Part shown: positions 49,901-64,000 of the stretch, one piece after another | Layout: each line of letters begins with the position of its first letter | How positions within the stretch are numbered: position 1 is the first letter of the stretch | DNA from: Sarea resinae | Lineage: Eukaryota | Reading direction: 5' to 3' | Assembly: GCA_026026165.1 (NCBI GenBank) | Contig: JAPEUD010000006.1 | Span: 1 to 64,000 of the forward strand | DNA length: 64,000 bases | Translations under genes and position numbers: made by a program | Notes under the pieces: model-generated | Database searches by the model: none | What the model was told of the DNA's origin: nothing | The model's input: the letters and a program-made list of their open reading frames with translations, nothing else

Positions 49901-52152
49901 GCTGCTCACTTCGGCGTCAGCCTTGATTCTGCGCTGACGGTCTTTCTCTCTATCTCTCTCTCATATCTCGGTCCCTACGCCCTACTGAATTACTACCGTC
50001 AGCTTCCTCATCAGCCATCATCGCAAGTGGGATGGCCTTTAACTGAAGAGAGCAAAGTCGCTTCTCTAGCCATTGTTATGAGGTCGGCCTTGTCCCGTCT
50101 GGCCCTTGGTACCTTTTCCCTTTGGTCTTGAAGGGTGGGATGAGACGAGAAGACTCGAGGATGCACTGTGGAGGTCAGGTACCTTGCTCCGTGCATGTCT
50201 GCCGCCTTGAAGTCGCCCTGCTTGGCAGCAGCAACTACAGCAAGGCATCAGCAATCACCAGGTGAGTAATTGGATAGAGGCAGTAAATTATCGTCATGTT
50301 CATCCTTATTTCCCCGTCGCTACGTAGAAGTCTAGAGCCTGCTGTCCCATTGTTGGGCTCCTCCGCGACATGCTGTAGCTGCAAGCCCATCCCCCATTGC
50401 CATTATCGCGGCCGCTCGCAAGTCCTGATTCAAAGGACGGTTGATTCTAAACCTCTCGTGTCCCCAACGAGCTTGTCTCGACTTGGCCAAAATGCCTCTC
50501 GCCGGTAGTATCGTAACCGTCAGCTCCCTCGTGCTTCCTTCCTCGATAAGGGACTCTAGTTGGGAATGCTAGACGCGCAAACTGATTTTACATGTGGGAT
50601 TCTGTCGTGTGGAAGGAACCTTCCAGGCGCCATCCTCTCCTTCGTCGCCTTCATAAGCTCGAACGTCCAACGTACATCGATCCGTTCCATTTGCACGTTT
50701 GGACGTTTGGACGGAGCCATCGAATGCAACTGCGGGATCAGTATGCAACTCTGAGTGAATACGGCGACGACTAGGGAAGAGTGAGCAGAGCGAGAGAAAG
50801 CGAGAGCGAGAGCGAGTCTCGGAAGCCGCATCGATCAAACAGTACATATGTGCGCGCAGCAAGACGATCACATCTATCATCACGGCTGTCACTCCATCGT
50901 TACATGATTCCAGGTATCATTACCTTCCGACCTTCTTCCCTTCTTCTTCTCACCATCAACGGCCTTCGCCCACGGCCTTCGCCCGCTCCGTGGACCTCCA
51001 TCTCGACTCCACTTCGATCATAAGACGGCCTTATAGAGACTATTGTATTCTTTCTTGTCCAACACATGGTTGTTCGATCCCTTCTGTCGTTGTCCCATAT
51101 CCAGTATCATATCAGCTCGGCCCGTACATACCTTTCTCTTCATTCACATACATACGAGCGGTGGAGCTGTACGTCTTGGTTCGTACCTACCTTACCTACC
51201 GACGCCGACCTGCCTACCTGCCGACCTTACATTCAGGTTATCAACGCACTGGATTCGCCTATCGCGCGAACGAAGAAGACATCGAGATCATCATCGTCCC
51301 CCGTCGTCCTGCTCCGGTTCTCACCCCGGCCCCCTTCCATGGTCCGCCTACCCTTGACAACCTAAAGTTACCTAACACCCAAATCGACCATTCGACCTCC
51401 TTGGGGCGGCCCTGTCCTGTCCGGTCTGGTCTGGTCCTATCCCATCCGGTCTCCTGCTTGCTGCTTGCTGCTTGCTGCTCGCTGCCTGTCCCATGCCCAT
51501 GCTCTCTCTGCTCTGCACCACCCCCCCATACATACGCAGTACACGAAGTACATACATCCCATACATCCCATACATACCCAACCCATCCATCGCTCGCTCG
51601 CTCGACGGCCTCTCCCGCTCTCGACTAAACTACCACTTTGGCCTCCTAGGACCCCCCAGGACCCCAAAGGACGAGAACGCGCTTGCAGCAACAATCAATC
51701 AAGCAACCCAAGTCAATTCCAATCCGATCCCCGCAGACGTGTGTGTGAGCAGCAGGCATTAATTGCGCATGATTATTGCCCTGTCTGTCTTCCTTTCACC
51801 GTGTGAGACTGAAGAGGAGAAATCTTCATTACTATCGTTGTCGTCGCCACCGCCGCCTCCTCCTTCACTCGCTCCGCCCATTCTCCTGTTGCTTCCTTTG
51901 GGGTGAGGCAGATCATCCGAACTCCAGCCACCGACCTGCTCGACTTTCTCACGACACAACTCTTCCCGTTCTCGTCAGCAGTCGCCGTTGGGGCCAATTC
52001 GGACGACTTCTCCACCTCCGCCACTCGCTCTCTCTCTCTATCGCAGACCAATCCTTCGCCGTCGTTGGCGAGCTTGTGCAACCCTCGCCAAGGTCAGCAA
52101 CAGCACACGGCGACCTCCTCGACTGCGCATGAGATCCGCAAGAGCTGCTTCG

Positions 52153-53643
<1,491 letters not shown>

Positions 53644-54793
53644 CCCGTTTCCGTCCGCAGTATGCTAAGCATGCTAAGCAGCTAATCAGCCGTCTTCCAC
53701 TGCTCTTCTTGGACGCCTGTCCATTCACACCTCAGGCAAACGGTTGTACACAACGTTCATGTCTTGTCTCATGTCATCGCTGGGAACTCAGTCTCCTATG
53801 ATTCGACCTCGTTAACCAATGACGAATTGGCCACGGCTGAATTGAGGGGATCACAGTACCTTCCTGGCCGGTATTGACGTTCGGCGCGAGGGAAAATCCT
53901 TTCTTCTGATTAGTCTCGTCTTCTTAATGGCGCACGCTTTCCATTCAGTCACGACGCAACGTTTTCTATCGTTTCTCGTTATTCCCCAAAATTGCTCCGG
54001 TTCTTCCGTGAAAGGTTGAGGCAAGAATTTTTATGGATGCCTTTTCATATTTCTCTCCTTCCTCTTCTGACGTTTGCAGTTTACTTCCACGATTTATCCT
54101 AGCGTCCTTCGGGGCGCCCTTACAAAGGGATTTTTGACTGGTGTTCCGGCTCGTCGTTGCCCTGATTATGGGCGAGGGTGCTCGGTTTTTCTTCTGGTGT
54201 GGCTATCTGATATCTGAAATGGCGTATGTCTGGTTCTGTTAGTTGCAATAGTCAATCCGATGGGATTTTTGGATTATTCTATCAAGTCAATCTTCGAGTA
54301 ATAAATTTGGCTATAGTCATTACATCAATAAGAAAGCTAGCAAGCGTCTAATAAGAACATGTGCTCTGATTCTCGCCATTCACTCAACTATATGTGAAGT
54401 ATGAGGCATGGTGACTTATCCATCTCTTATTGATATCGGATGCCATGAGCGACGATGGAATGATCTAGACTTATGACATCACGTGATTGACCGGTCCAAG
54501 AGGGAAAGGTGTCGGAACAGACGACTCACGACTTGATGGGCACCGTAGGTGACGACCTCACCTCAACCGATCGACTGCTGGCGACATCACTCACTCAAAT
54601 TCGCCGCAGCATCGTTCATTAGGGTATTCATTGCACGTACGGCCGCCGTGCAGCGTCATCCACACCATCAACGTCCATCATCTCGAAGACACTCCTTTCG
54701 GTGTGCAACTTCTTTGCATTGTGAGAATCAGTGTTTTCCTTTCCTGACAGTCACTCCTTTGGTGCGCGGCCCCGGTGCCGCTACATTTTCATC

Positions 54794-57564
54794 ATGGCTT
54801 TCCAGGCTCCTGGGAGCCTCCAGGTACGTGCATCGCCACATCTCGATAGCCCTGCCGCATACTCTCAGGCTGATTTGTGGAATCCCTCACTTAGGGTCTC
54901 ACTTCTGCCGCATCGGAAATATGGCCTTCCATGTCCTCAGTTCTGTCAACTAACTGGGCTTCATTCCCACGACGAGTCCCATCTGCCCCGCCAAAGACAG
55001 CCTCACACCAGATCGAAGGTGAAAGACAACCGGGGAAAGCGCATGGGGTAATAGGCTCTCAGGTGAGGAAGGCCAGTAGTATATACAGGGCTTTCGTGCT
55101 GACAGTTGGGCAGTCAAGGATTAGCCCCGCCGTCCCAGAATGCTTAAGAGCTGCTCCGATCGCGGCTCTGAAATCTCACCTTCCTGGGGATGCGGCCAAG
55201 GGCCAACAGGGGCTTCAACAACTCTTCTCTTCCGGTATGGCTCCCGACCACGGTCTTACGACTTATCGCTGACACTGGTGCAGTGAACAGAAATGCTCTC
55301 AGCGCTGCCAATCCGCTCGCCCGTCGACTTGCGCCGTCATTCTCAACGGTCCGGCAATACTCAACCCTGCCTGGCTTGAACCTACATCGACTAACTCCCC
55401 TCCCACCCTACAATCGCGCTGCGGCTATGCAACAAAGAACTCTCTTCGGCGGAAGCTCGTCGCGTAACCTCCTCGCTCATATGGAGCAGACAGCCAACAA
55501 CAACCCTTCGAGCGCCACCGCACAGAACGCCTTCTATGCAGCGTTGCTACGGGCAAATATGCCAGAGATTGTGGCAGAACGATACCAAGCCGGTCGATTT
55601 GCCACCAACGCTGCTTGCGAGCAAACTTATTTGAGGGCACTGGAACGGATGGGTCAGACCGACAAAGCGAGCGCAATCGCTGCCAATAGGAATCCCGAGG
55701 GCCAGAATGGCACTCTCAGCACGGAACAACTCCAAGCAGTCGGTCAAGCAGTCGCAGCACAATCCAGAGGTGGCAATATTGCGTTGGCACGGGGCAAGGG
55801 CGGCGTGGTTGGGACCGGCGCAAAGGAGAGCCCGCTTTATGTCGTGGTTGAGGAATCAATTGGTGGCACCATCTTCAAGTGGGCCAAGTTTCTCCTCTAC
55901 TTTGGCCTCATCGCCTACTTTTCTCTCGTTCTCGCCACCATCGTGATCGAGACTACTGGTATGTTGAAGAAAGTTGGGGGCAGTCAAGCAAACGAGGCTC
56001 GCCCGGAACATCAGACGGTTCGTTTCAGCGACGTCCACGGCTGTGACGAGGCAAAGGAAGAGCTGCAGGAATTGGTTGAATTCCTTAAGGCTCCAGACAA
56101 ATTCTCGACTCTGGGTGGAAAGCTTCCCAAGGGCGTGCTCTTAGTTGGTCCTCCGGGAACCGGAAAGACTCTTCTGGCTCGTGCAGTTGCAGGGGAAGCC
56201 GGTGTACCTTTCTTCTTCATGTCTGGTTCCGAATTTGATGAGGTCTACGTTGGTGTCGGTGCTAAGCGTGTTCGCGAACTCTTTAACGCTGCTCGAGCAA
56301 AAGCACCCGCCATTGTCTTCATCGATGAGCTTGATGCAATAGGTGGAAAGCGGAACGAGCGCGATGCAGCCTACGTCAAGCAGACGCTGAATCAACTTCT
56401 GACTGACCTCGATGGATTCGAACAAAATTCCGGCGTCATCTTCCTTGCCGCTACCAATTTTCCACAGTTACTGGACAAGGCCTTGACTCGCCCGGGAAGA
56501 TTCGATCGCAATGTCGTCGTCCCCCTACCTGATGTTCGCGGTCGCGTAGAAATCTTGAAGCATCACATGAAGAACATCAAAGTCGGTCCCGATGTCGACG
56601 CGGCTGTCATCGCTCGAGGAACGCCTGGATTCTCTGGCGCCGAGCTTGAAAATGTCGTCAATCAGGCTGCCGTGCATGCTAGCCGCAATCGCCTCAAGAA
56701 GGTCGGCATGTATGATTTCGAGTGGGCCAAGGACAAGATCATGATGGGCGCCGAGCGACGAAGCGCCGTCATCCAGCAAAAGGACAAGGTCATGACTGCC
56801 TATCACGAGGGCGGACACGCGCTTGTCGCCATGTACACCGCTGGAGCCGATCCGCTCTACAAGGCTACGATTATGCCAAGAGGTCAAGCCCTTGGAATCA
56901 CCTTTCAGCTACCCGAACTCGACAAAGTGTCCATGGCCAAGAAGGAATATTTGGCCCACATCGACATCTGCATGGGTGGTAAAGTAGCCGAAGAACTTGT
57001 CTATGGTGCCGACAACGTCACCAGCGGCGCTGCATCTGTAGGTTTCCAATTTCCCATGCTCAAGCGCTCTACAGATACTGACGAACCAATCCATAATAGG
57101 ATATTCAAAAAGCGACGCAAATCGCCCACGCAATGGTGACGCAGATGGGCATGTCCGACACGCTGGGCAACGTAGATCTGAACACGGACTACGCGCGCTT
57201 GTCGTCCGAAACCAAGCAGCACATCGAGTCCGAAGTGCGGCGGCTGCTGGAGGAGGGTAAGGATCGCGCTCAAAAGCTCCTTCTCTCGAAGCGGAAGGAG
57301 CTCGATATGCTCGCCAACGCGCTCGTCGAGTATGAGAGCTTGAGTAAGGATGAGATGGAGGCCGTGCTCAGGGGCGAGAAACTCAAGGGAAAGATGCCGA
57401 GTCTTCCAAGTATGCCGCTGAAGTTGCCCGATGCCCTCATGCCGCCGGGAATGGGCGGTGCGGGTGCGGGCGTATCGGGCGGCGAGGGCCAAGGCGTGGG
57501 CGAGACGGCTCCTGCTGCGCCTGGACCAGGCGGCAGGGGCGAAGACGGAGGAGCAAGATTGTAA
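54794..57564 (+). CDS. YME1: Mitochondrial i-AAA metalloprotease (FtsH family), 4 introns
   Basis: [22 protein letters not shown] (Walker A), FIDELD (Walker B), RPGRFDR, HEGGH zinc motif, one TM segment. Confidence 0.96.
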
Positions 57565-58205
57565 TTCAATTTTCGTTTGGGGGGAGATTCGTCATCTCCG
57601 GTTTTACATGAGTTGAGCGCTTGTGCGTGTCATTTGTTAGAAGCCCTTCACCTCTTTTCTTTTGTGAGTGGCACGAAAAGGGAATGGAACGGAAGGAATA
57701 GATGAAGCTTGGGGCAATGGGTCTATGCGAGGTAGTGTTTCGATCTGGGGATCGGCCTCCTTGGGAAAGTCGAAGGCCCGTGGGATCAAGGTGGGAAGCA
57801 AAGATGGTGGAAGGCTTTAGTTGAGCGGACAGAAGGAAGGCATCTGTAATGTACATCATATCACATCACCTCATATCACATTGCATCTGCGTGTCTGCGT
57901 GGCTGCGTGGCTGCGTAGTTGATATGCTCTCTCTCTCTCTCTCTCTCTCTTTCGACTAAAGATCTCTCTATTCCTTCTATCTACAGATTCGAGCTTTTTT
58001 TTTCGCATCTTGAGTGAAACGTGCCTCGAAAGAGGAAACGATAGAGGCGTAAACAGCGCTTGACCTCGAGATGATGATACTGGAACCCGCATATTCGGAT
58101 CAAAACTACACGCGAGACATCAAAGCCCTTAAAGTCACAGCCATACCATTAGCGTTCCATCTCCTCCGTGGCCTTGATCACATTACCGCATGATCCCCGC
58201 ACGCA

Positions 58206-59994
58206 TCACTCAGCCTGATCTTGCTCGACAGCCACACGCAAGGCGCTGGCAAGAGCTCCCAGGTGCGCGCTCTCGAGCTCTCTGATCGGCCTCTCCAGGT
58301 CCTCGTCGGCGGTTTTCACAGAGTCCTGCACGAGCGTCAGGATGGTCTCGCCCAGGCGCTGGAGCCGGGCGCCCTGCCGGTCGTGCTGGGCTTTCAGGTC
58401 CTCGAGCTCGTCGATGACGGGCGTTACGGTCGTGATGGCCGACTGGCGGCGTCGGAGCGCCGTGGTCGCCATGCCTTGGATGACGGTCTGGGAGGCGGCG
58501 AGGCGCTGCTCGAGAGAGGCGATCTTGGCGGTCAGCGCGACCGAGTCAAGGGTCGCTGGGTTGGTGCTGGACGGGCGGGCTGGGTGCTGCTGATAAGTTT
58601 CGCTGTTGTTGGGGTTAGGGGATTCTAACTTCGCGCCGAATTGACGGTCGAGGATTGAGGGCCGTTTGGCTGCCTTGGTATTCGAAGAGCTTGAGGCGAG
58701 AGGCACACGCTGGTGGTCTGTGGGGGCCGGCTGCTCAGCAGAATGAGGATGAGGATGACTATGGGCTTCGGACGAGCACTTGGCGGGAGTACTGTGCTGC
58801 CCATCGAGAGTTGCTGGGACTTCTGCTGTGCTGATGTTGGAGGGTATTGGGGTAGTGGTCTCGAGTTGACTTGGGGCGATTGCAGGGCGTTTGGCCGGGG
58901 CTTCCTCTGTGGCGATGCTGCTGTCTTCGTTCGTACGCTTCTTGGAAGCGCTCGCAATATTGGGAAGGGTCAACTTGATCCTGGGAGGTGCGCGACTGCC
59001 AACTTTCCTCAGGTGATCTTCAGCGTCGGCGGTGCTTTTGCGATCAGTCCAAGAGTAGGAGCTTAGGCTATAATTCACTAAACGACGCCCACGGCGAGGT
59101 GGCAGAATCCGGCGTCCTGGCTTTTCGTCCTCTTGACTGGAAGAGGGAGACATTTCAGCTGAGTTGCTTGAAGCTGGGACGCGTCTGGTGCGCTCAGATG
59201 AACCACGAGACTTGGAGACGAGACGAGAGTTTGAGACGAGACGAGAGTTGGAGACGAGACGAGAGTCCATCATCATGTGCGCGACCGTCGCGGTGAATGG
59301 ATTATCCTGTACCTCTCCATCTGGGATATGTGAGCTGGTTTGTGTGAATGGAGCTCCCACCTGGGCTGGAGTTGTATCTTCGCTGATACCGTCAGGATGC
59401 GCTAGGTGATCGAAATTCGAAGTCTCAATGTCTGATTGAATATGACAGATATGAGAGCTTATCCCGAGAACGCTATTGAACCGCCCGATCTTACGTTTGT
59501 AGGAGTCGTCAAAGGCCGAGAGACCAGCGTCGAGTCCTTCTCTACCAAGAAGATTGATCACACTCTTCCAACGCCCGGTAGTAGAATATCCCATTGGGTC
59601 TTCTGACTTTGGCTGGCGGGTCTCCAGGAAGCCGGCCGAGCCTCACATTACCATTATCAGTGAAATCAGCAGGCCATCTCCGATACCTCTTCTTAGGTTT
59701 AATGTCCGCAGTAATCACTGCAGCTACAGCCCAATCTGACAACCTCGGATTTTTTGGAGGCATACGATCCGCGGTGATCATGATGTACTTGGTGTACAAT
59801 TTCCAGTGATTGAAAGACCAATCTTTCAGTCCATGGATCTTAGGTGTATCGGCTGGTCTATTCGGAGGCGGACCGTCTCCATCAGACTCGGTCCATATTC
59901 CCGCGTGACTCGAAGGCATCTCATCGTACCAAGACTGTCCTAATTGTTCTCGAGCGGCCATAACTGCTGACACTGCGATACCACTCAGTGGCAA
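58206..59994 (-). CDS. Hypothetical low-complexity protein with C-terminal coiled coil; two overlapping ORFs, structure uncertain
   Basis: 462-aa ORF (58206-59594) and 150-aa ORF (59542-59994) in different frames; SRLVSN-type repeat x3. Confidence 0.5.
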
Positions 59995-60853
59995 GAGCTT
60001 TGTCAGGCGTATCTAGCCAAATGAAAAATTCAATTGACAGACAGAACATGTGGTTGCAAATTCGGCGCAATCAATTGAATATGTCGGACTGAAAAAGCGG
60101 TGAGCTAAGAAGCTCGCAGTGAATATGGAGATAGTTCTGCTGGGAGGGTTCAAGAGATTCCTTGGGCATATAAGGTCGTTCACCTCGAGTTGGTATTCAA
60201 GAAATCAAAATCCACGATTGCAAATATCCTGAGTGAAGGCTTGTCAAGTGGTCTCTTCGCAGTCCATGAGCTTTCTGTGCCATGGAGTGGACTTGATCCA
60301 GAACCTGCATCCAGAATCTGCATTAAACTTAACGAGGTCAATTCAAAGTAATTTGTGGAGGCCGAGATCTGCCCCAGCAAGATGAGCTCGGAGCGGACAT
60401 GGCCTTTGCTGAGCATGCCAATCGATTGTACGATGTCCAGATCGCAGCCTGGGCCATTTTTGACCCTCTGTCGTAGAAATGGGGGAAGTTGAGATTCCAC
60501 TTGTATTACTGAATATTTGCATATCACAGCAGCGTTGAATCCATATAAAGAAGCTCCAGGTTGTGTGATGATCTAAGTGATCGACATCCGCTTCCGCTTC
60601 GGGAAAAAGGATCCTGGTGCATTATAAAATCTAGTACAGATGGCTGATGCTAAATCATCGGTCGCGTCGTGCAGATTGAGAAAATCCATATGGATAGAAC
60701 ACCCGCCCTGCAGCAATTGGTATCATTGGTAATGGTTATCGGTCTCCTCGTGAAGTAAGCATGGAAAGTCCAGTAATGGCGTCAACAGCGCCAGTGCCAA
60801 ACCTCAAATCAGTAGGATTATATAGTACCATTAGCCATACATCTCTCAACAAA

Positions 60854-60944
60854 GCCGGGGTAGCTCAATCGGTAGAGCGTGTGGCTCTTAAGAATCATAT
60901 GATTTGACACCTCAAGGTCGCGGGTTCGAGCCCCGCCTTCGGCT
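60854..60944 (+). tRNA. tRNA-Lys(CTT) with 18-nt intron (60891-60908)
   Basis: Acceptor GCCGGGG/CTTCGGC; D arm GCTC-AATCGGTA-GAGC; anticodon loop CT-CTT-A; T arm GCGGG-TTCGAGC-CCCGC; oligo-T Pol III terminator just downstream. Confidence 0.93.
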
Positions 60945-62134
60945 CTTGTTTTTGCATTTTTTTGGCGTTATCTTTGTCTGCCACCCCGAAAGAAGACACT
61001 ACATCTATCGTTTCATTTTATTCATAGTCGTATATCATAGATGATTACATCCCGGGAGAGATACACTTCAAGTCCAATACACGACTTCTCCGGAGGCTTC
61101 TGTTGCTGCCCTGTTTTCAAGTTTTCTCCTTACCACTCAGGACTCGGACAAGAATACGAGAAGCAATCTCCGAGAGTGAAGCTGGAAGGGGCTGTGAGTG
61201 GATGTCGATCCAGACGTGACGCTGCTGGTGGACAGAAATGGATGACTGCATGACTCGAGACTGCCCGTTCCAGCTTCACTCGATCCCATTCATGAATCTC
61301 AACGTCGAGCCAGCCGACGACCAAGGACGATCTGATCTCAATAAGCTTAGATTCCTAGTCCCTCGTGCTAGCTGTCCAATGTCAAAGCTTCCCCAACTCT
61401 CGGCATCGTCGGCATCGTTAGGGCTGATGGGGGTGGGAGTGGGAGCAAGATGCGAAGACGACGGGTCATGGTGATGTCACGGGCAATCAAAAAATGCCAT
61501 GTCCAAGGGATGCTGTTCAACTCATGCCAATCTCGACATTCTCGACCAGCCATCGTCTGCCGGGCTGGAGAATTGGTCCGGAGACGACCATTCGTGGCGC
61601 CCGCACTCGCTGCGATCTGCGACGATCTGCGACGATCTGCGGACCTGCAGGATCTAGATCGGTCTTTTGCGTGCAAACGCTCCCGGCGGCGAAGCCGGAG
61701 TCCCGCAGCCGTTGGATTGATTCTGCGGCATTGCCCTAAAGTTTGATGGATGATGATGACGATGATGATGATGGGCTCTTCGCTTCTCTTTGCCAATATG
61801 GGACCATCTCGAAGCACCTTGCCCGCCAGTCTCGAACCTGCTGACGGGCTTTGACGTATCTTCATGACTATTTCCGTTTTACTGACGTCGCGGTTGACAG
61901 CACTTGACGGAATGACGTGTGAATGCCGCACGTTCTTCTCAGTTGAAGGGCTCGAGAAGACTGATATTTAATGCGCCTCTTCTCTCGTACCTGACCATTT
62001 GGATTCTCAATTCCATTGTTCCGTCTCTTACTACCAGAGTACTCTATATATCCGCTCTACTTATCAATATACCCCTAAAAGTCCCAATTTCCAAGCGCAT
62101 TAACCTCACACTCTTCCATCCAGCAACCGCCATC

Positions 62135-63244
62135 ATGCAGCACGTTCTCCAAGGCGGCCTCTCAGCAGGCATGTCGGCAACAGAAGCCTTCCACTCCAGC
62201 AAACCCAACCCCGTCGACCCCTCCTTCGACGGCACCGCCGCCATCCTACCCGCCTCCTATATCCCCTCGGCCGACAAAACCATCACGCTCCGCGGCGCGA
62301 AAAAGTCCATCAAGGCGCCGCACATGACCTGGGGCGCCTGGCCGTGGGGCGACAAGGCAACATTCGAGTTCTCCGACTCGGAGCGGCCGGCCGTGAAAGC
62401 CGCCTGGGAGCAGGCCTATGCGCAGGGGCTCAACTGGATCGACACGGCGCAGGCCTACGGCTCAGGCGAATCGGAGCGGATCGTGGGCGAGCTCATCAAG
62501 GACTTGCCGCGCGACAGCGTCATCATCCAGGACAAGTGGTACGTGGTGCCGGACAACCCGACCAACTTTGTGCACCCGGTCGACGCGCCCCTGATCTACC
62601 TCAAAGACAGCCTCAAGCGGCTCGGCACCGACCACATCGACCTCTACCTCGTGCACGGCCACATCCACCCGGCATCCATCAAGAACGTGGCCGAGGGCCT
62701 CGCGGCCTGCGTGAACCAGGGCCTCACGCACACCGTGGGCGTGGCCAACTACTCGGCCAAAGACATGCTGGAGATGCAGGCCGCGCTCGCCGCGCACGGC
62801 ATCCCGCTCGCGCTGAACCAGTGCGAATACAGCGTGCTGCGGCGGCACCCGGAGACGCTAGGCGGCCTGCTCACCGCGTGCCGCGAGAACGGCATCGTGT
62901 TCCAGTCGTACAGCTCGCTGGCGCAGGGCCGGCTGACGGGCAAATACAGCGCCGACAATCCGCCGCCGGCGCAGCGCCGGTTCAGCTCCTACGACATGAA
63001 GGACCTCGAGCCGACGATGCGCGTGCTCGGCGACATTGCGGCCAAGCACGACGTCGGCGTCTCCGCCGTTGCCCTCAACTATAACCTCAGCAAGGGCGTC
63101 ATCCCCACCGTCGGCATCCGCAGCCCCGAGCAGATGAAGGAGAACGCGGCCGCGCTGGGCTGGCGCCTCAGTCTCGAGGAGATGAAGCAGATTGACGCCG
63201 TCAGCGTCGAGGGCAAGACGACTGCGCTGTGGCAGCAGGGCTAG
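62135..63244 (+). CDS. Aldo-keto reductase (369 aa, intronless)
   Basis: WGAWPWG, WIDTAQAYGSGESE (Asp/Tyr), IQDKW (Lys), IDLYLVHG (His), VGVANY, NQCEYSVL, SYSSLAQGRLTGKY. Confidence 0.95.
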   Translation: MQHVLQGGLSAGMSATEAFHSSKPNPVDPSFDGTAAILPASYIPSADKTITLRGAKKSIKAPHMTWGAWPWGDKATFEFSDSERPAVKAAWEQAYAQGLNWIDTAQAYGSGESERIVGELIKDLPRDSVIIQDKWYVVPDNPTNFVHPVDAPLIYLKDSLKRLGTDHIDLYLVHGHIHPASIKNVAEGLAACVNQGLTHTVGVANYSAKDMLEMQAALAAHGIPLALNQCEYSVLRRHPETLGGLLTACRENGIVFQSYSSLAQGRLTGKYSADNPPPAQRRFSSYDMKDLEPTMRVLGDIAAKHDVGVSAVALNYNLSKGVIPTVGIRSPEQMKENAAALGWRLSLEEMKQIDAVSVEGKTTALWQQG

Positions 63245-63659
63245 AGCTTTTTCTTTCCTTTTCTCTCTTCTTGCACGACAGGATACGATAGGATAAAATG
63301 ATGATGAGTAGAAATGTAAATATCTCAATGATTGCCAGATAGTTGTACGAAAAAGAAACCCAAATTCGAAATCAAAATCAAAACCAATCATCTTCTTGGA
63401 CGATTCGACTTGCACATATCAGACTATTCGTACCTAAATGCTAGCTACTTCTTACGCGCCTCATAGATGTTTGTTTATATGCGATATAAATGCTACATGC
63501 ATACTATAGATTTGCGCCATATACACACATATATAGAAATTGCAATACCTAGCTAGCCCCCTTGACTTGCGCGTCCCAGGGGATAGAAAGATAACAAGAT
63601 CCAAAACAACCATGCATCCAAGCAAGAAAAGAGGGAGAGACTGACAGGCAGACAGGCAG

Positions 63660-63700
63660 ACAGAGAGACAGAGAGACAGAGAGACAGAGAGACAGAGAGA
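63660..63700. repeat. (ACAGAGAG)n octamer tandem repeat
   Basis: Direct reading. Confidence 0.85.
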
Positions 63701-64000
63701 TAGATAGAGACGACAAGAAAGGCCGAACGAAGAGACGGGTAAATATTACATATTACATGGTCAAATAGGAATACAATCTCATTTTCGTTATTTCTTGGAG
63801 ATCTGCTCCTTCACTCATTCGTTCCTTTGTCCGTTCATTTGTTCGTAAATTTCGTTAGACGAGATCCCGAGGGGGTTCTCTTGTTATGCTAATCGGAAGA
63901 GAGGATAGCTACTTTGGTTGCGGGTAGAAAGGTAGGCAGGTGTGCGAGAACAGCAGCAGCAGTAGCAGTGCAAAACGAAAAGTCAGACAGCCGGCCAGCC

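Noticed and set aside
62344..63415. Long overlapping alternative-frame ORFs in the AKR gene (similar ones in NDH-2, GT71 and VPS13)
   Set aside because: Expected by-products of codon bias in real coding sequence.

Overview
Filamentous ascomycete (Pezizomycotina) genomic DNA: GT-AG introns with CTRAY branch points and strong RIP-type (TpA-rich, CpA/TpG-poor) mutation in repeats. Bases 1-~10.8 kb look like an accessory, possibly subtelomeric zone. It holds a RIP-inactivated but frame-intact ~1550-codon gene of the telomere-linked helicase (TLH) type, a RIP-degraded Gypsy-like 3' end, a hypothetical gene and two nucleotidyltransferase-like genes (one AbiEii-like). The rest is ordinary core genome: S28 peptidase, GT71 mannosyltransferase, type II NADH dehydrogenase, glycerol kinase, ERG27, DUF3429 protein, VPS13, a Znf2/Cos1-like C2H2 factor, YME1, a hypothetical gene, tRNA-Lys(CTT) and an aldo-keto reductase. 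Main observation: read through its RIP stops, the TLH-type gene carries a tyrosine-recombinase-like catalytic motif set (R..K..[R]H..GH-x8-Y) between its N-terminal zinc-finger/DUF3505-like region and its RecQ helicase. The gene is bracketed by degenerate direct repeats containing an identical 23-bp palindromic site, with a third copy inside the ORF. This suggests a self-excising tyrosine-recombinase + RecQ-helicase mobile element. All translations and alignments were done by eye; no database search was run.
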